From Lenisia limosa (lineage: Eukaryota > Protista > Breviatea), in assembly GCA_001655205.1 (NCBI GenBank), contig LPNZ01005888.1, positions 5,635 through 69,634 on the forward strand: DNA of 64,000 nucleotides. The letters run 5' to 3'. This document shows, piece by piece, positions 63,792-64,000 of the stretch. A model generated the notes under the pieces. The model did no database searches. It was given only the letters and a program-made list of their open reading frames with translations, and had not been told where the DNA came from. Every line of letters starts with the position of its first letter. The first letter of the stretch is position 1. The translations under genes were made by a program, and so were the position numbers.

Positions 63792-64000
63792 CCATGACAG
63801 CATTGCTTTCGAAATGAAGAAAGATACTGATTTCCATATTGTCTGTTTTTCGGATCAAGTGTTTTACAACACCTTTTCACCCATAACCACCCTACCAACT
63901 TCACCCCTTCTTTCCCTCATACCTCCACCTATTCGATTTTAAACAATTGAATTACATTATTATGTGATAGGTGAAACCCATAAAACGGTTTGCACTCCGT

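Noticed and set aside
1-64000. CRISPR array, rRNA, transposase or viral ORFs
   Set aside because: No spaced direct-repeat array, no rRNA signature, and no long intronless ORF with RT, DDE or capsid motifs was seen.

Overview
Gene-dense, extremely intron-rich eukaryotic genomic DNA from a flagellated protist, using the standard genetic code, with several N gaps. I cannot name the species. About 20 protein genes can be rebuilt by manual splicing: cis-prenyltransferase (DHDDS), a CFAP92-like protein, a secreted bacterial-like GT-B-fold protein, an ankyrin/IBR-like protein, GPAA1/GAA1, a HINT-type HIT protein, cytosolic IleRS, casein kinase 1, a membrane-anchored Endonuclease I, TTC21B/IFT139, an LRR-PP2C phosphatase, a countin-like saposin protein, DNAJB12/14, a triple cNMP-binding + LRR protein, an RDD protein, a degenerate formin, calcyphosin-like, WRAP53/TCAB1 and several hypotheticals. 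There is also a tRNA-Ser(GCT). Introns are mostly 22-60 nt with GTNNG donors. Best leads: an intronised bacterial-type ecto-nuclease, a countin homolog, and the 45.9-46.3 kb intergenic region, which holds a Tc1/mariner-type MITE next to an orphan structured-RNA candidate. All family calls come from motifs recalled from memory; no database search was run. Exon boundaries are hand-derived.
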